A program made the translations under genes and the position numbers. Of a stretch of 64,000 bases of DNA, positions 34,818 through 44,396 are shown piece by piece. The first letter of the stretch is position 1; the number at the start of each line of letters is the position of its first letter. The DNA lies in the IMG/VR virus record IMGVR_UViG_3300029288_000110, positions 37,759 through 101,758 of that record. One strand, written 5' to 3'. The notes beneath the pieces are model-generated. The model made no database searches and was not told the DNA's origin. It saw only the letters and a program-made list of their open reading frames with translations. The DNA is from a virus. Taxonomy: Duplodnaviria > Caudoviricetes.

Positions 34818-35789
34818 ATGTCTCTGAGAAACGTAAAGCTCTATAGCTATACCAGCCAAGTACAGATGGGTGGGTGGTGCAGCATTGTGTTAACCTTCGA
34901 TTATCTGGGCGGAGGAGCCCAGATAGAAACGTATTGCGCAATCGGAAACAATGGTATATTTGGTTTCAATGAGGTTATAAGCGCCAGCAATATCCGTGAT
35001 ATTCCCAGTGCTTCTTCATGGACAAAATTTTTCGTCTCGGCGTTAATTAGAATAACAGAAGAACTCGACCCAGCAAAAATCTATGATGTGTATGGAAAAG
35101 TCAGAGAAGTAGGTGGTGGGTGGAATATCTCTGATATTGCGGTAGATGCCGTATGGTTTGCTGGGATGGAAAGGGAAGACCAAACACTTGAAATAGATGT
35201 CTCTCCGGCAGATGGTGGATATGTTATCACAAATCCTGCAAGTAATGAGGGGAAGTCCAACTGGGTGAACGGTAATACGGGGACATTCCCCTACGGAACG
35301 GATGTTATAGTAAGAGCTGTCCCGTACAGTGGATTTAAGTTTGACCACTGGAGTGATGAGATTGTGGGTGGAGTAAGCACGAACAATCCGGCCCATGTTC
35401 AATCCATGACAGAACATCGGGCGATTAAAGCCCATTTTGTTTCGGAAACCGCTGATGAAGAGAAACTTATCATCAGCATTACCCCGACTGGAAAGGGTAG
35501 CGTAACGGCGTCTCCTCAACCCAATCATATTATCAGTAATGATTGGTATTACACTTATGGGACTATCGTTACTCTTACCGCTCACCCTATCAGTGGGTGG
35601 AAATTCAAAAAGTGGTCTGATGAGATATCCGGTGGCGTAAATACCTCCAACCCTGCACAGGTATCGGCCATGACGGAAACACGCACTGTTCTTTGTCACT
35701 TTGAAGAAATCGATGACGGAGGTAGTGATGATGGTGGAGGTGGTGATGGAGAATTCGATAATTTATCTGTAAAGATTAAGAGGGCTTGA
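34818..35789 (+). CDS. protein with two InlB B-repeat-like domains
   Basis: YGT.V...A.P..G.KF..WS twice. Confidence 0.8.
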   Translation: MSLRNVKLYSYTSQVQMGGWCSIVLTFDYLGGGAQIETYCAIGNNGIFGFNEVISASNIRDIPSASSWTKFFVSALIRITEELDPAKIYDVYGKVREVGGGWNISDIAVDAVWFAGMEREDQTLEIDVSPADGGYVITNPASNEGKSNWVNGNTGTFPYGTDVIVRAVPYSGFKFDHWSDEIVGGVSTNNPAHVQSMTEHRAIKAHFVSETADEEKLIISITPTGKGSVTASPQPNHIISNDWYYTYGTIVTLTAHPISGWKFKKWSDEISGGVNTSNPAQVSAMTETRTVLCHFEEIDDGGSDDGGGGDGEFDNLSVKIKRA

Positions 35790-35814
35790 CAAACGAAAAG
35801 GACTACATTAAACT
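35786..35814 (+). promoter_or_regulatory. sigma70 promoter of the putative capsid operon, overlapping the upstream TGA
   Basis: TTGACA-17-TAAACT. Confidence 0.65.
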
Positions 35815-35958
35815 AGGGTCGATGGTCCCCCGACGGGGGGGCAGAGGATAAAACTTAATAGGCGGGATGGCGCTCTTCCGTGAGGAAGGGGAAAAAGGCC
35901 ATCCCGCCTTTTCTTTTCTCCAGGAGAGCGCTACCGCCACCCAAGAAGGAGGAATCTC
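35815..35958 (+). promoter_or_regulatory. structured 5' leader with terminator hairpin and alternative helix
   Basis: 12-bp stem 35860-35871/35898-35909 plus U tract; alternative partner at 35923-35938. Confidence 0.6.
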
Positions 35959-36333
35959 ATGGGTAAGATTGAATGGAAAAACGTATTGGTGGGCGTAGGG
36001 GTAGGCGGTGCAGACGAAGTGCTCGGTTACTGGGATGAAAAATCCGGCAGAACGGGCCTTGGGACCGCCGTTAACATCGGGCGTGCCGCAATGGTAGCGC
36101 TCGGTGCCTTGGGCGTAGCGACCGGCTATTTCCATAAATATGCCGAGCCCGTCATGAATGCTGCGACCCCCCTGCTTACCAAGTCCGTTATCCAGGCTAT
36201 CCGCAACCAGGTGAATTCCGGCGCCACTACTGCTCGTCTCAGCCAAATGAATATCCCTTCCCGCAGGGTTATGTCAAGAGGCACAATATCGAGCGCAGGC
36301 CCGGGCTTTGAAAACTTACCGCCTATTTACTAA
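35959..36333 (+). CDS. putative major virion membrane protein
   Basis: Strong AGGAGG RBS; Gly/Ala-rich hydrophobic helices; basic tail. Confidence 0.7.
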   Translation: MGKIEWKNVLVGVGVGGADEVLGYWDEKSGRTGLGTAVNIGRAAMVALGALGVATGYFHKYAEPVMNAATPLLTKSVIQAIRNQVNSGATTARLSQMNIPSRRVMSRGTISSAGPGFENLPPIY

Positions 36334-36403
36334 AGGCAAGAGCATCCACTAGGAAATATTTAACCCAGTGGAATTTGTATAGCTACCCAAGGAGGTACAT
36401 ACA

Positions 36404-36988
36404 ATGGAAAATCTGACTTATGTTATTCCTACCGAGGAAATTGCTCTCTCCGAACAGGGACAGCGCCGGCAAGCAGCCATTTTAGCCGGGAAAAATCGTG
36501 CGGCAAAGTTATGGAATCAGCCAATAGGTAACCTTGTTGCCCGTGATGAGGACTATGTTCAGGATTTTATCACCCCCGCAACTCCGGCTCTGGTCGCCGG
36601 CCTGAGCGGGTGGCTCTCCATGCCGTTTGCGGCAGCCGGTGCGTGGTATAGCCTTTTCGCCAACAACACGCCGGCGGCTATCGCACCCGTGTGCCCTACC
36701 AACCAGATATGGGTATTCTACAAGGTCAGCATCCTCACCCTGGCCGGACCCGACCCCGTTAGTATGCTCCAGTTCCGCACGGGCACTGCGGCCAACCTGA
36801 AATACCAGTTCAACCTGGAAAACCTCTACGGGAAACAGGTCCAGGATGGCTACTTCTCCCTGCCAGTAACCTATGAGAACCCGGAAATCGCAACCGTACA
36901 GGCGAGGTCCCGTGTGCTTCTCGGCATTGGGTGCCGCATCAAACTGGGCACCTTCATCATTGAAACCATGCAGACCACGGTGGTCTAA
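36404..36988 (+). CDS. putative single jelly-roll major capsid protein
   Basis: AGGAGGT RBS; flanking hairpins; N-terminal helix then about eight beta strands (fold inferred). Confidence 0.6.
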   Translation: MENLTYVIPTEEIALSEQGQRRQAAILAGKNRAAKLWNQPIGNLVARDEDYVQDFITPATPALVAGLSGWLSMPFAAAGAWYSLFANNTPAAIAPVCPTNQIWVFYKVSILTLAGPDPVSMLQFRTGTAANLKYQFNLENLYGKQVQDGYFSLPVTYENPEIATVQARSRVLLGIGCRIKLGTFIIETMQTTVV

Positions 36989-37042
36989 AAAATAAAGGTC
37001 GAATTTCGCAAAGGTGAGTATTCTGAATAAGGAGAAAATATC

Positions 37043-37501
37043 ATGAGCGGAAAATTAAGCGCACTTTATACCAATACCCTGAACCCGGATTTAGTCCGGC
37101 AGGTGGTCGCACCGGCGGCTGCGGTTGCGGCTTCAGGTGCCGTCCCGCTATGGGGCGCCTGGAGCGACCTCGTACTTCCGGCTGCGGTGCTTTTGCCTAC
37201 CCTTTGTGTAGGTTTCAGCATCGATACCCCGAGCGTGCTGGAAAGCTGGACAATCCAGATAGGCAATGCCAGAGGATATGCTAACGCTGCGGCTGTTACA
37301 GCTGCTGGGGCTGCGGCTATCGCTGCGGCTGCCCGTCAGACACTAAGGACGGAAATCATCACCCTCGTCGGTGCGTATCCCATTTTCTACTTCAAATTCC
37401 CCATTGTGTTTAATCCCGGGGAAGGCATCATCGCCCGTTCCGGCACCGTCGGCGGCACCGATACCATCAACGTCAGTCCTTTCCTAGTAACCGGCTTCTA
37501 A
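37043..37501 (+). CDS. putative jelly-roll virion protein
   Basis: beta-rich; PIVFNPGEGI pattern. Confidence 0.55.
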   Translation: MSGKLSALYTNTLNPDLVRQVVAPAAAVAASGAVPLWGAWSDLVLPAAVLLPTLCVGFSIDTPSVLESWTIQIGNARGYANAAAVTAAGAAAIAAAARQTLRTEIITLVGAYPIFYFKFPIVFNPGEGIIARSGTVGGTDTINVSPFLVTGF

Positions 37502-37625
37502 ACGGAGCGGTTATCAGTTAACGGCCTTGGGGGAAGGAAATACTCTTCCCCCAAGTGGTTAACTTAAAACTAAATAAGCTCCCCGGAGTTCATGTCTCCT
37601 AGAGAGCGAAACGAAATAGGAGGTC

Positions 37626-38216
37626 GTGATGGATAATTTATATAATCCCTACAGTGCTGAGCCGATTGCTCCCATTACCCGGGTAAAAGAAAATCTCGGG
37701 CTATGGACGGGGCAAAAATACGAACCCTTCCGGGTTGATTACATTGAGCCGATTCTAAGGTCTTCACCATATGTAATCGATGTGCTCGCCCTCGTTGCCG
37801 GCGTCACTCAACTCGCAGCCAACTCAGCTGCTCAGGCGCAACTTGTCCCGGCGCTTCAGATGAATACCGGTGAACTTTTCCATGCGAGATGGTATCCACT
37901 GGATGATGTTGAGGGTGGACTCTATCAACTCGCAGGTATGCCGAGAAACAATATGAGAGGCGGGCAATCCCGCACCTCTCTCCAGACGTTGTTTGTTGAC
38001 CCCTACCTTTCTCAGACCACCTTCTGGATTTACGGCTCAACTCCGGCGAAGGATGCCTACATACAGGTATTTAATCCAAAGCCGGTTTTCTGCACTATCG
38101 CCAGGTTCGCCTACTTCGGGTTTCGCTACATCCTCGAAGCCCTGACTGGCATCACCTATACGGGAATTTATCCCAACGTACAAAACATAACTTATCTTCC
38201 TGCTCAGGGTAGATAG
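37626..38216 (+). CDS. putative jelly-roll capsid protein (second MCP candidate)
   Basis: AGGAGG RBS; beta-rich, 196 aa. Confidence 0.55.
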   Translation: MMDNLYNPYSAEPIAPITRVKENLGLWTGQKYEPFRVDYIEPILRSSPYVIDVLALVAGVTQLAANSAAQAQLVPALQMNTGELFHARWYPLDDVEGGLYQLAGMPRNNMRGGQSRTSLQTLFVDPYLSQTTFWIYGSTPAKDAYIQVFNPKPVFCTIARFAYFGFRYILEALTGITYTGIYPNVQNITYLPAQGR

Positions 38217-38228
38217 AAGGAGTATGAG

Positions 38229-38642
38229 ATGGTAATGCTTGAGAATGTAAGAAAAGGTATTATCGGCCCAAATAACAGCCCGGCGGCTGCGAGAGGGTTG
38301 GTAACTTCTACCCTCCTCGGTCCCGACCTCTGCCACCTGCATACGGTTGGCCGGACGGTACGCATCAGGAAGATACTATGGTATAACGCTACCGGCGCTG
38401 CTCGTAATCTTATCTTCGGCACGGTTACCAACATCATACCGGTGGCGCCAGGCACCTTTGTGCCTCTTCTTCCACCCATTGTGGCCGTCAACGGCGTGCA
38501 TGATATGATTACCGAAGCCGAATTGCCCGATGTGGAATTTATACCTGACCGGACAGCGGGGGCTGGTGGTCTGACCGGTGATATCTATCTGATGGCTGGT
38601 GTCGCCGGTGTCCTTGTACGCCTCGAAGTCGAAGAATATTAA
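38229..38642 (+). CDS. putative jelly-roll virion protein (penton candidate)
   Basis: VRIRKILWYN...VLVRLEVEEY beta pattern. Confidence 0.55.
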   Translation: MVMLENVRKGIIGPNNSPAAARGLVTSTLLGPDLCHLHTVGRTVRIRKILWYNATGAARNLIFGTVTNIIPVAPGTFVPLLPPIVAVNGVHDMITEAELPDVEFIPDRTAGAGGLTGDIYLMAGVAGVLVRLEVEEY

Positions 38643-38658
38643 GGTTGGAGGCTAACGC

Positions 38659-38790
38659 ATGGGTGAGCAGATTGATATCTCCAAAATAAAAGGTCCGGAA
38701 ATAAAAGACGCTGGGGCTATCATTGTAATAGTCTCGGGAAATATGACCGTATCATCCTCAGACTCTAAGGTACAGATAGTGAAGAATTGA
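38659..38790 (+). CDS. 43-aa hypothetical protein
   Basis: GGAGG RBS; overlaps the next start. Confidence 0.5.
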   Translation: MGEQIDISKIKGPEIKDAGAIIVIVSGNMTVSSSDSKVQIVKN

Positions 38791-39302
38791 TGCAAAATCC
38801 ATATGTTGTTCAATATCTTGAATCGCTTCATCGCTCCGATGGAAGTTTTCTATGCCTTCCATCAGCGAATCAGATTCTTGTGCCATCCGTCCCGCCTAAT
38901 ACGCTGTTGACTTATAATACAGCTCCGGCTCCTGGTGTCTATGCAGCGATAGGTTATGGGGTGACTTTTGACCATGCTATAGTCCCCGGTTCTTTTAGAA
39001 TGACAATCGTCCAATGGGGTGCCCAACCTATTTCTGGAATACTGACTTCCGACCTTATCGCCAATGGGATTGAATATATCGGATTTGTCACTTCTTCCCA
39101 AAAGGCCGCTAGCTCAATCACTAATATAACACCTATGAATCAGTATCTATGCCTGACGGGATATTATCTCAATATCATTTCTCAGGAAGATTATGTTGAG
39201 GTGGTCAATGCTTTGAGGAAACTCGGTACGGTCGATGCAGTAAAGATACTGAATACAATAGCAGGAGCTAAGAATCCTCTCCCGCCAGAAGGGAGCACTT
39301 AA
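38787..39302 (+). CDS. putative jelly-roll virion protein
   Basis: beta-rich core with C-terminal helix. Confidence 0.55.
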   Translation: MMQNPYVVQYLESLHRSDGSFLCLPSANQILVPSVPPNTLLTYNTAPAPGVYAAIGYGVTFDHAIVPGSFRMTIVQWGAQPISGILTSDLIANGIEYIGFVTSSQKAASSITNITPMNQYLCLTGYYLNIISQEDYVEVVNALRKLGTVDAVKILNTIAGAKNPLPPEGST

Positions 39303-39763
39303 TGAATCCCATACAGATTCCCTCATTAATTCTCCCGTTTCCAAGCGTCAATTTGACCAGTTGGCAGTTGATAGCCGATTTGCTGGTATATAATTCTCTC
39401 GATATCCCCATTGAAAATCTGGATGAAAAAACCGCTTTCATATGGGCAAGTGAAATATCGCCCGCAGGTGCTCCCGGGCCGCTTTGGGCATGGCCGGAAC
39501 TTTCTCCCTTCCCAACTTCTGTATCCGGGAATTTCTGGGCTGCGATAGGCGGAGGAGCTGGCCCATCCTATCCGGCGGTAGCGGCTCTTGTCCCCGTTGC
39601 TCCGCTTGTTATTACAGGTACGGGTGTTAACGGCGTTGTCCAAACACCGATGCTCCGCTTCCTGAACCATGCTCCTTACGCAAGGATAAGAATGCAGATG
39701 CCCATCCTAGGTGCCGCTGGCTCTGGTTGGGCCGTGCAGGTATGGTTTGCCGGAAAGGGGTAG
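39302..39763 (+). CDS. putative jelly-roll virion protein
   Basis: PYARIRM...WAVQVWF terminal strands. Confidence 0.55.
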   Translation: MNPIQIPSLILPFPSVNLTSWQLIADLLVYNSLDIPIENLDEKTAFIWASEISPAGAPGPLWAWPELSPFPTSVSGNFWAAIGGGAGPSYPAVAALVPVAPLVITGTGVNGVVQTPMLRFLNHAPYARIRMQMPILGAAGSGWAVQVWFAGKG

Positions 39764-39764
39764 G

Positions 39765-40061
39765 ATGAAAGGCGATGCGAAAGGTATTTTAATTGCGCTA
39801 GGTTCTGCTGGTATACTTACTGGTATTATTGTATTGCTCAAAAAGAATGCAAAAAGTAAGGAGGATACCACGACTGTTGATTCTTCCATTACAGATATAC
39901 AGGAAAGTATTATGTCGGCAGAAAATCTTATGCAACTTAATGGTTATTATGACCAAATTGGTGGCATGTTAAATGCAGGTATCATTGCCATAGAAGAATA
40001 CGATGAACTCTATATGGCATATTTGAGAAGTTATTATCGGCTGACCGGAGTAACAGTATGA
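39765..40061 (+). CDS. membrane-anchored helical protein
   Basis: N-terminal TM plus KK. Confidence 0.7.
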   Translation: MKGDAKGILIALGSAGILTGIIVLLKKNAKSKEDTTTVDSSITDIQESIMSAENLMQLNGYYDQIGGMLNAGIIAIEEYDELYMAYLRSYYRLTGVTV

Positions 40062-41503
40062 AGATACCACTTAGCGGCATGGATTTAGGCAACCCTGCCA
40101 TACTTGCCCTTCAGGCAGTTGGTTCATACTGGGGTGTGACATCCGCCGATGGCAGTGCGCTCGGCATCACCGTAGTAGATGATGGGTTAGTGTTAGAACC
40201 TTCCTACGATGGGCTGACGATAAAAATATTATCTGGGCCAGCGGCAGGCCAAGCGAGGTCTATTTTTGTTCATAATGGCAATATCGTAACGGTGGCAGCT
40301 GCTTTTACCAACCCCGCCGGAGCGGTGCAGCAAATTACTCGTGGAACACTCTTCTGCATTACTTCCTTTACCGGTGGGGGTAGTGGTCCGGGGCCGGCTC
40401 CTCAAGAGGGTCTGGTTTATTATGGCGTTGTAGATGCCATACCGGGGGCCAACCAATTTACTATCGGCTCACTCGCAGGATTAGGGGCGGGTAAATTTGT
40501 CTCTCCCACCAACTCATATTATGCGTTTGTGCTCCGTGATGCTGGTGGTTTGAGTGCTGCTCCCCAGGGAGAATTTCAGGCCATTACCGCTTATGCCACG
40601 GCCACAGGAATTTTCACCACAGCGGCTTTTACAGCAGCAGTAGGGGTAGGGGATGAAATCCTCATCCTTCATCCTTCCATCGCCGCAAGTATAGCGATTA
40701 TTCTTAACCTTGCCGTACCTGGCGCTGATGTTGCTACCAACGTCTATGAGCGGGATGTAATCGGCAATAAAGCTGACACGGCCCTTTATGCGATAACCGC
40801 TACAGCAAGCCTCATGCGGTACATTAAGGCTCTTGTTAATTCAGGCATAGCGGCAAGCGGTGCCGTAAACGATGCAGGGGCTGCCATTACCGATTTCGAT
40901 ACCAACCTAACTGAGGCAACCAATGACCATTATAATGGTATGGTGATGATGTTCATTTCTGGTGCTAATGCCGGCCAGAGTCATATTATCGATGATTATA
41001 TAGGGGCATCAAAGAACGTATCCTTCGCCACTGGAGACCAGTGGACGGATGTTCCAGTGACAGGGGATGTCTTTGTAATTCTTCCCACGACTGATAAACT
41101 CATTCTTAGTAGACTCAGTATTTCAAGAGCTGGAGCACCTCAGACCTTTACAAAGAATATCACATCGGCAGCTAATGCTGGTGATGTTAATATAGCAACG
41201 GTAACTGCTCAGACATGTTTAATTAAACGAATAATTGTTCGAGCTAATGCAGCTCAAACTGGTGATTTAACAAAAATCGGTGTTTATGGTGGGACTGGTA
41301 AAGTAGTTACTTTTATTGATGATGTTACGGGCGTAAGGGCAAACATAGCTGCTACGGACCAGCAGGTATATTCCTCCGACCCCATAAGCTTGCCTGCTAC
41401 GAAGACTATCGTTATTACGTTGACAGGTACGGGCGGTACGGCTGTCAATCTGCAAATAGACATTGAATATGAAGCAGTAGCTGATGGAGGTTACCTTGTA
41501 TGA
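40058..41503 (+). CDS. putative spike/adhesin with three internal beta repeats
   Basis: Repeated Y.G......SG..AGQ...I units; Gly/Ala/Thr-rich. Confidence 0.7.
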   Translation: MKIPLSGMDLGNPAILALQAVGSYWGVTSADGSALGITVVDDGLVLEPSYDGLTIKILSGPAAGQARSIFVHNGNIVTVAAAFTNPAGAVQQITRGTLFCITSFTGGGSGPGPAPQEGLVYYGVVDAIPGANQFTIGSLAGLGAGKFVSPTNSYYAFVLRDAGGLSAAPQGEFQAITAYATATGIFTTAAFTAAVGVGDEILILHPSIAASIAIILNLAVPGADVATNVYERDVIGNKADTALYAITATASLMRYIKALVNSGIAASGAVNDAGAAITDFDTNLTEATNDHYNGMVMMFISGANAGQSHIIDDYIGASKNVSFATGDQWTDVPVTGDVFVILPTTDKLILSRLSISRAGAPQTFTKNITSAANAGDVNIATVTAQTCLIKRIIVRANAAQTGDLTKIGVYGGTGKVVTFIDDVTGVRANIAATDQQVYSSDPISLPATKTIVITLTGTGGTAVNLQIDIEYEAVADGGYLV

Positions 41504-42237
41504 CACCCGTAGGAATTAATGGCATCAGCTCCCAGTGTAAGGGCGTCAACGGTGTACAAACCAAGCAAGCTCTTAACGCTGCCAATGAAACTGTATCTAA
41601 AGGGGTCTATAACGCTACGACTTTAAGTTCTGTTGATGCTGATTTGGCTGTTGGCAATATAAAAGGTGGAGTCACCATCTTTGGTAAACTAGGTACGTAT
41701 GTTCTAACTGAAACCATTGAGAAATATGCTGATGCATCTTTAGCAATAGGAGCAACTTACACACCAGCAGCCTCTGGAATATTTTTTGCACTTTGTGTTC
41801 TCAGCATAAGGGTGCAATATTATTCTACTGTTGCCGCAGCTTGGTATTCACCTTTCAATGATACATATCACGCTGGAGTTACTGCTATAGGTGATGGTAC
41901 TAATTTCAGATTATATGCAAATGCAGCAGGAGAGTACTGCTTAATGCGTCATTATTCGTCACTGGGGACATATACGAGAGATAAAGACGAACAGTTGGCA
42001 GAAGGGGCAAGTTATACACCAGCAGCATCAGGATTCTTTGCAAATGCAATGTCCTTTGTGACCAGGCCGGTTTTACAGATAAATAGAACAACTGCGGGCT
42101 GGACAGACGTACAGGAAGGTCAAAGCGCCGTTCATTTTCTAAGTATCGTTATAGGTGATGGTACTAACTTACGTGTAACAAATCCGGCTGGAGCAGGTGC
42201 ACAGTATCATGTACTTATGCGAGCTAAAATGAGTTAG
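41500..42237 (+). CDS. putative receptor-binding protein with a tandem duplication
   Basis: YTPAASG and IGDGTN.R each occur twice. Confidence 0.7.
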   Translation: MTPVGINGISSQCKGVNGVQTKQALNAANETVSKGVYNATTLSSVDADLAVGNIKGGVTIFGKLGTYVLTETIEKYADASLAIGATYTPAASGIFFALCVLSIRVQYYSTVAAAWYSPFNDTYHAGVTAIGDGTNFRLYANAAGEYCLMRHYSSLGTYTRDKDEQLAEGASYTPAASGFFANAMSFVTRPVLQINRTTAGWTDVQEGQSAVHFLSIVIGDGTNLRVTNPAGAGAQYHVLMRAKMS

Positions 42238-42246
42238 GAGAATAAA

Positions 42247-42615
42247 GTGGGGAATTTAAAAGAAACTGCAAAACAGACAAGAATAGCCGCTTATAAATCT
42301 AATCTTAAATCTTTACTTGCTGATGATATTATTGATACAAGCCTGGCCGAATTTGCAGACCTTAAAAGTGAACATGGTAAGCCAATGAGTTCTCTTAATG
42401 GAGAAATTATACTTCAAAGAGATGTTGATGCAAATGGTAAACTTAAAGGAGTAATATCCATACATCCAGATATACTTGCTACTATACTGCCCGATATCAA
42501 AGCTGACCCCATTGGTACTGGCTGGAATAAATATATTGCTAATTACAACGCTAAGGGCAAAAATATACTCAACGGTGTAGCTGATAGGCAGGCTAATGAA
42601 TACGAACAGGAGTAA
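42247..42615 (+). CDS. hypothetical protein (possible spike chaperone)
   Basis: AGGAG RBS; follows the adhesin gene. Confidence 0.6.
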   Translation: MGNLKETAKQTRIAAYKSNLKSLLADDIIDTSLAEFADLKSEHGKPMSSLNGEIILQRDVDANGKLKGVISIHPDILATILPDIKADPIGTGWNKYIANYNAKGKNILNGVADRQANEYEQE

Positions 42616-42618
42616 TCC

Positions 42619-44025
42619 ATGGACAAGGATAAAAAAACAGCGTTACTCGCCGGGGCCGGATTGGTTGGATTGGCGGCTGTAGGGTGGGGTATATATAAAC
42701 TTAAACATACAACACCAAAGGAAGAAGCTGGCAAAGCTCATCTCGTAGGAAGGATAGTTGATGAATCAGGCTATCCACTGGGCAACGTAATAGTTAGTCT
42801 GTATAGCGGCAATGAACGTATGGGTTCGTTTACTACCGGGGCAAATGGCACGTATGCCTTTTATAATATTCCTCTCGGTACATACGTAGTTAATTTTGTC
42901 AAATCTGGATACCTGAGTAATTCTTTTAGCATTTCTCTCACGGGCATCGGAACCGCCGTCGATGATTTTGTTCTTTATGCCGAGACTGCCGAACCAGTCT
43001 ATGGCGTGGTGCAGGGCAGGGTGGTCAATCCATCCGGGCATGGCTTATCCGGGGTAAATGTCACACTCAATACCGATGCTGAAGGTAACCAATACACCAC
43101 GACCAATGCCAGCGGCTATTATGCTTTTACGGATGTTACCGTAAACCAATATTGCCTTATAAGTTTTGCGAAAGACGGCTATATCAATGACTCCTTTGAG
43201 TTTCAGCTCGGCCAGGGGGGTGCGACGCTCGGAGACATGACTCTAGCAAGCGAAACTATTCCCCAGGAAACCGGCATCGATTTCACAATGAATTTCTCAA
43301 ATGAATATTTTATGGACCTTCATAACGTGAACGGCGTTCCGATTGCGGAGACGGGCTCAATCCGTTATCTGGTCGGTGAGCTACACACATATCCATATAT
43401 CCGGCTGGCCCATCCTATTGTGGCGGAAAAGCCAGACGGGCTGATATTTAACTTTACAGTCCGTGGTAATTCAACCTGGCTTTATCCTGGCTCACAATTT
43501 CCTGGAGAGATGGGATTAAAGTTTATTGCCATGTTCTTCCGGTATGGTCTCACGCCGCCTCCTTCCGGCATAAGATTTAGCACCTACCTTGGAATAGGAG
43601 AAAATGGCGTGCGAGTGCCTTTTAATGGCTCTGCTAACGCAAATTCATTTTACTGGAGCAAGAATCTACTGTATTACTCGCCGGGTTTATATGATGTGTT
43701 AGTCGATACGTCATTCGGTCAGTTTCTTATCCTCGGCGCCGTAAATGTTACTGGTAATCGTCCATATGCTGCAAACTATTATCTGCAAACTTTTGCTGAG
43801 ATTTACGCACAGCAAGCGAAAGAGGATGCGATAGAACAATGGCTACAAACCCATCCGATGCCGGTGTACGACCCACAAAATCCTGGTGCTTTCCAGCAGG
43901 CTATGACGGCGTGGTCTCAGGCAAAAGTAGTGGTGGGGCAGGCCGCCATTGAGGCTGCTATTATCCAGTTTATGGCATCCCATACGGAAGAGGCAGCCTA
44001 CGAATGGTATATGTCTACACATTAG
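42619..44025 (+). CDS. membrane-anchored protein with two carboxypeptidase-regulatory-like domains
   Basis: N-terminal TM; GR.V...G..L..V.V.L...T...G.Y.F...F.K.GY twice. Confidence 0.85.
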   Translation: MDKDKKTALLAGAGLVGLAAVGWGIYKLKHTTPKEEAGKAHLVGRIVDESGYPLGNVIVSLYSGNERMGSFTTGANGTYAFYNIPLGTYVVNFVKSGYLSNSFSISLTGIGTAVDDFVLYAETAEPVYGVVQGRVVNPSGHGLSGVNVTLNTDAEGNQYTTTNASGYYAFTDVTVNQYCLISFAKDGYINDSFEFQLGQGGATLGDMTLASETIPQETGIDFTMNFSNEYFMDLHNVNGVPIAETGSIRYLVGELHTYPYIRLAHPIVAEKPDGLIFNFTVRGNSTWLYPGSQFPGEMGLKFIAMFFRYGLTPPPSGIRFSTYLGIGENGVRVPFNGSANANSFYWSKNLLYYSPGLYDVLVDTSFGQFLILGAVNVTGNRPYAANYYLQTFAEIYAQQAKEDAIEQWLQTHPMPVYDPQNPGAFQQAMTAWSQAKVVVGQAAIEAAIIQFMASHTEEAAYEWYMSTH

Positions 44026-44038
44026 AGGAGGCAGTCAA

Positions 44039-44356
44039 ATGTTTAAGTGGGTTGAGAGTGCTTATTTCTGGCTATTGTGGTTCCTGGGATTTTCAGATAC
44101 GGATGGTGAATTCCAGACTCCTGATGATAGAGAAAAAATTACTTTTATGCTGCGCAGGATGAAGGAGCGCATGGGAGTAATTTGGTGGATTCTATCACTG
44201 GGAACGATACTGGGGATTTGGACAGTCTGCCTGCTCATATCCTATTGGTATATCCCATTAGTAGCATTTCTGCTCTGGCTCTTCGTTCACGTTTTATACC
44301 CATATACTCCGCCAGACAATATCTGGAATGGCAAAAAGTTGAAGAGGGATGACTGA
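44039..44356 (+). CDS. integral membrane protein
   Basis: GAGGAGG RBS; Trp-rich TM segments. Confidence 0.7.
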   Translation: MFKWVESAYFWLLWFLGFSDTDGEFQTPDDREKITFMLRRMKERMGVIWWILSLGTILGIWTVCLLISYWYIPLVAFLLWLFVHVLYPYTPPDNIWNGKKLKRDD

Positions 44357-44396
44357 TAAGGTATTATAAAAGTAATCCTAAATATGAGGTAATACC

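Noticed and set aside
41500-42237. Diversity-generating retroelement VR/TR pair
   Set aside because: Both repeats are in frame in one gene, differences are not adenine-specific, and no reverse transcriptase is present
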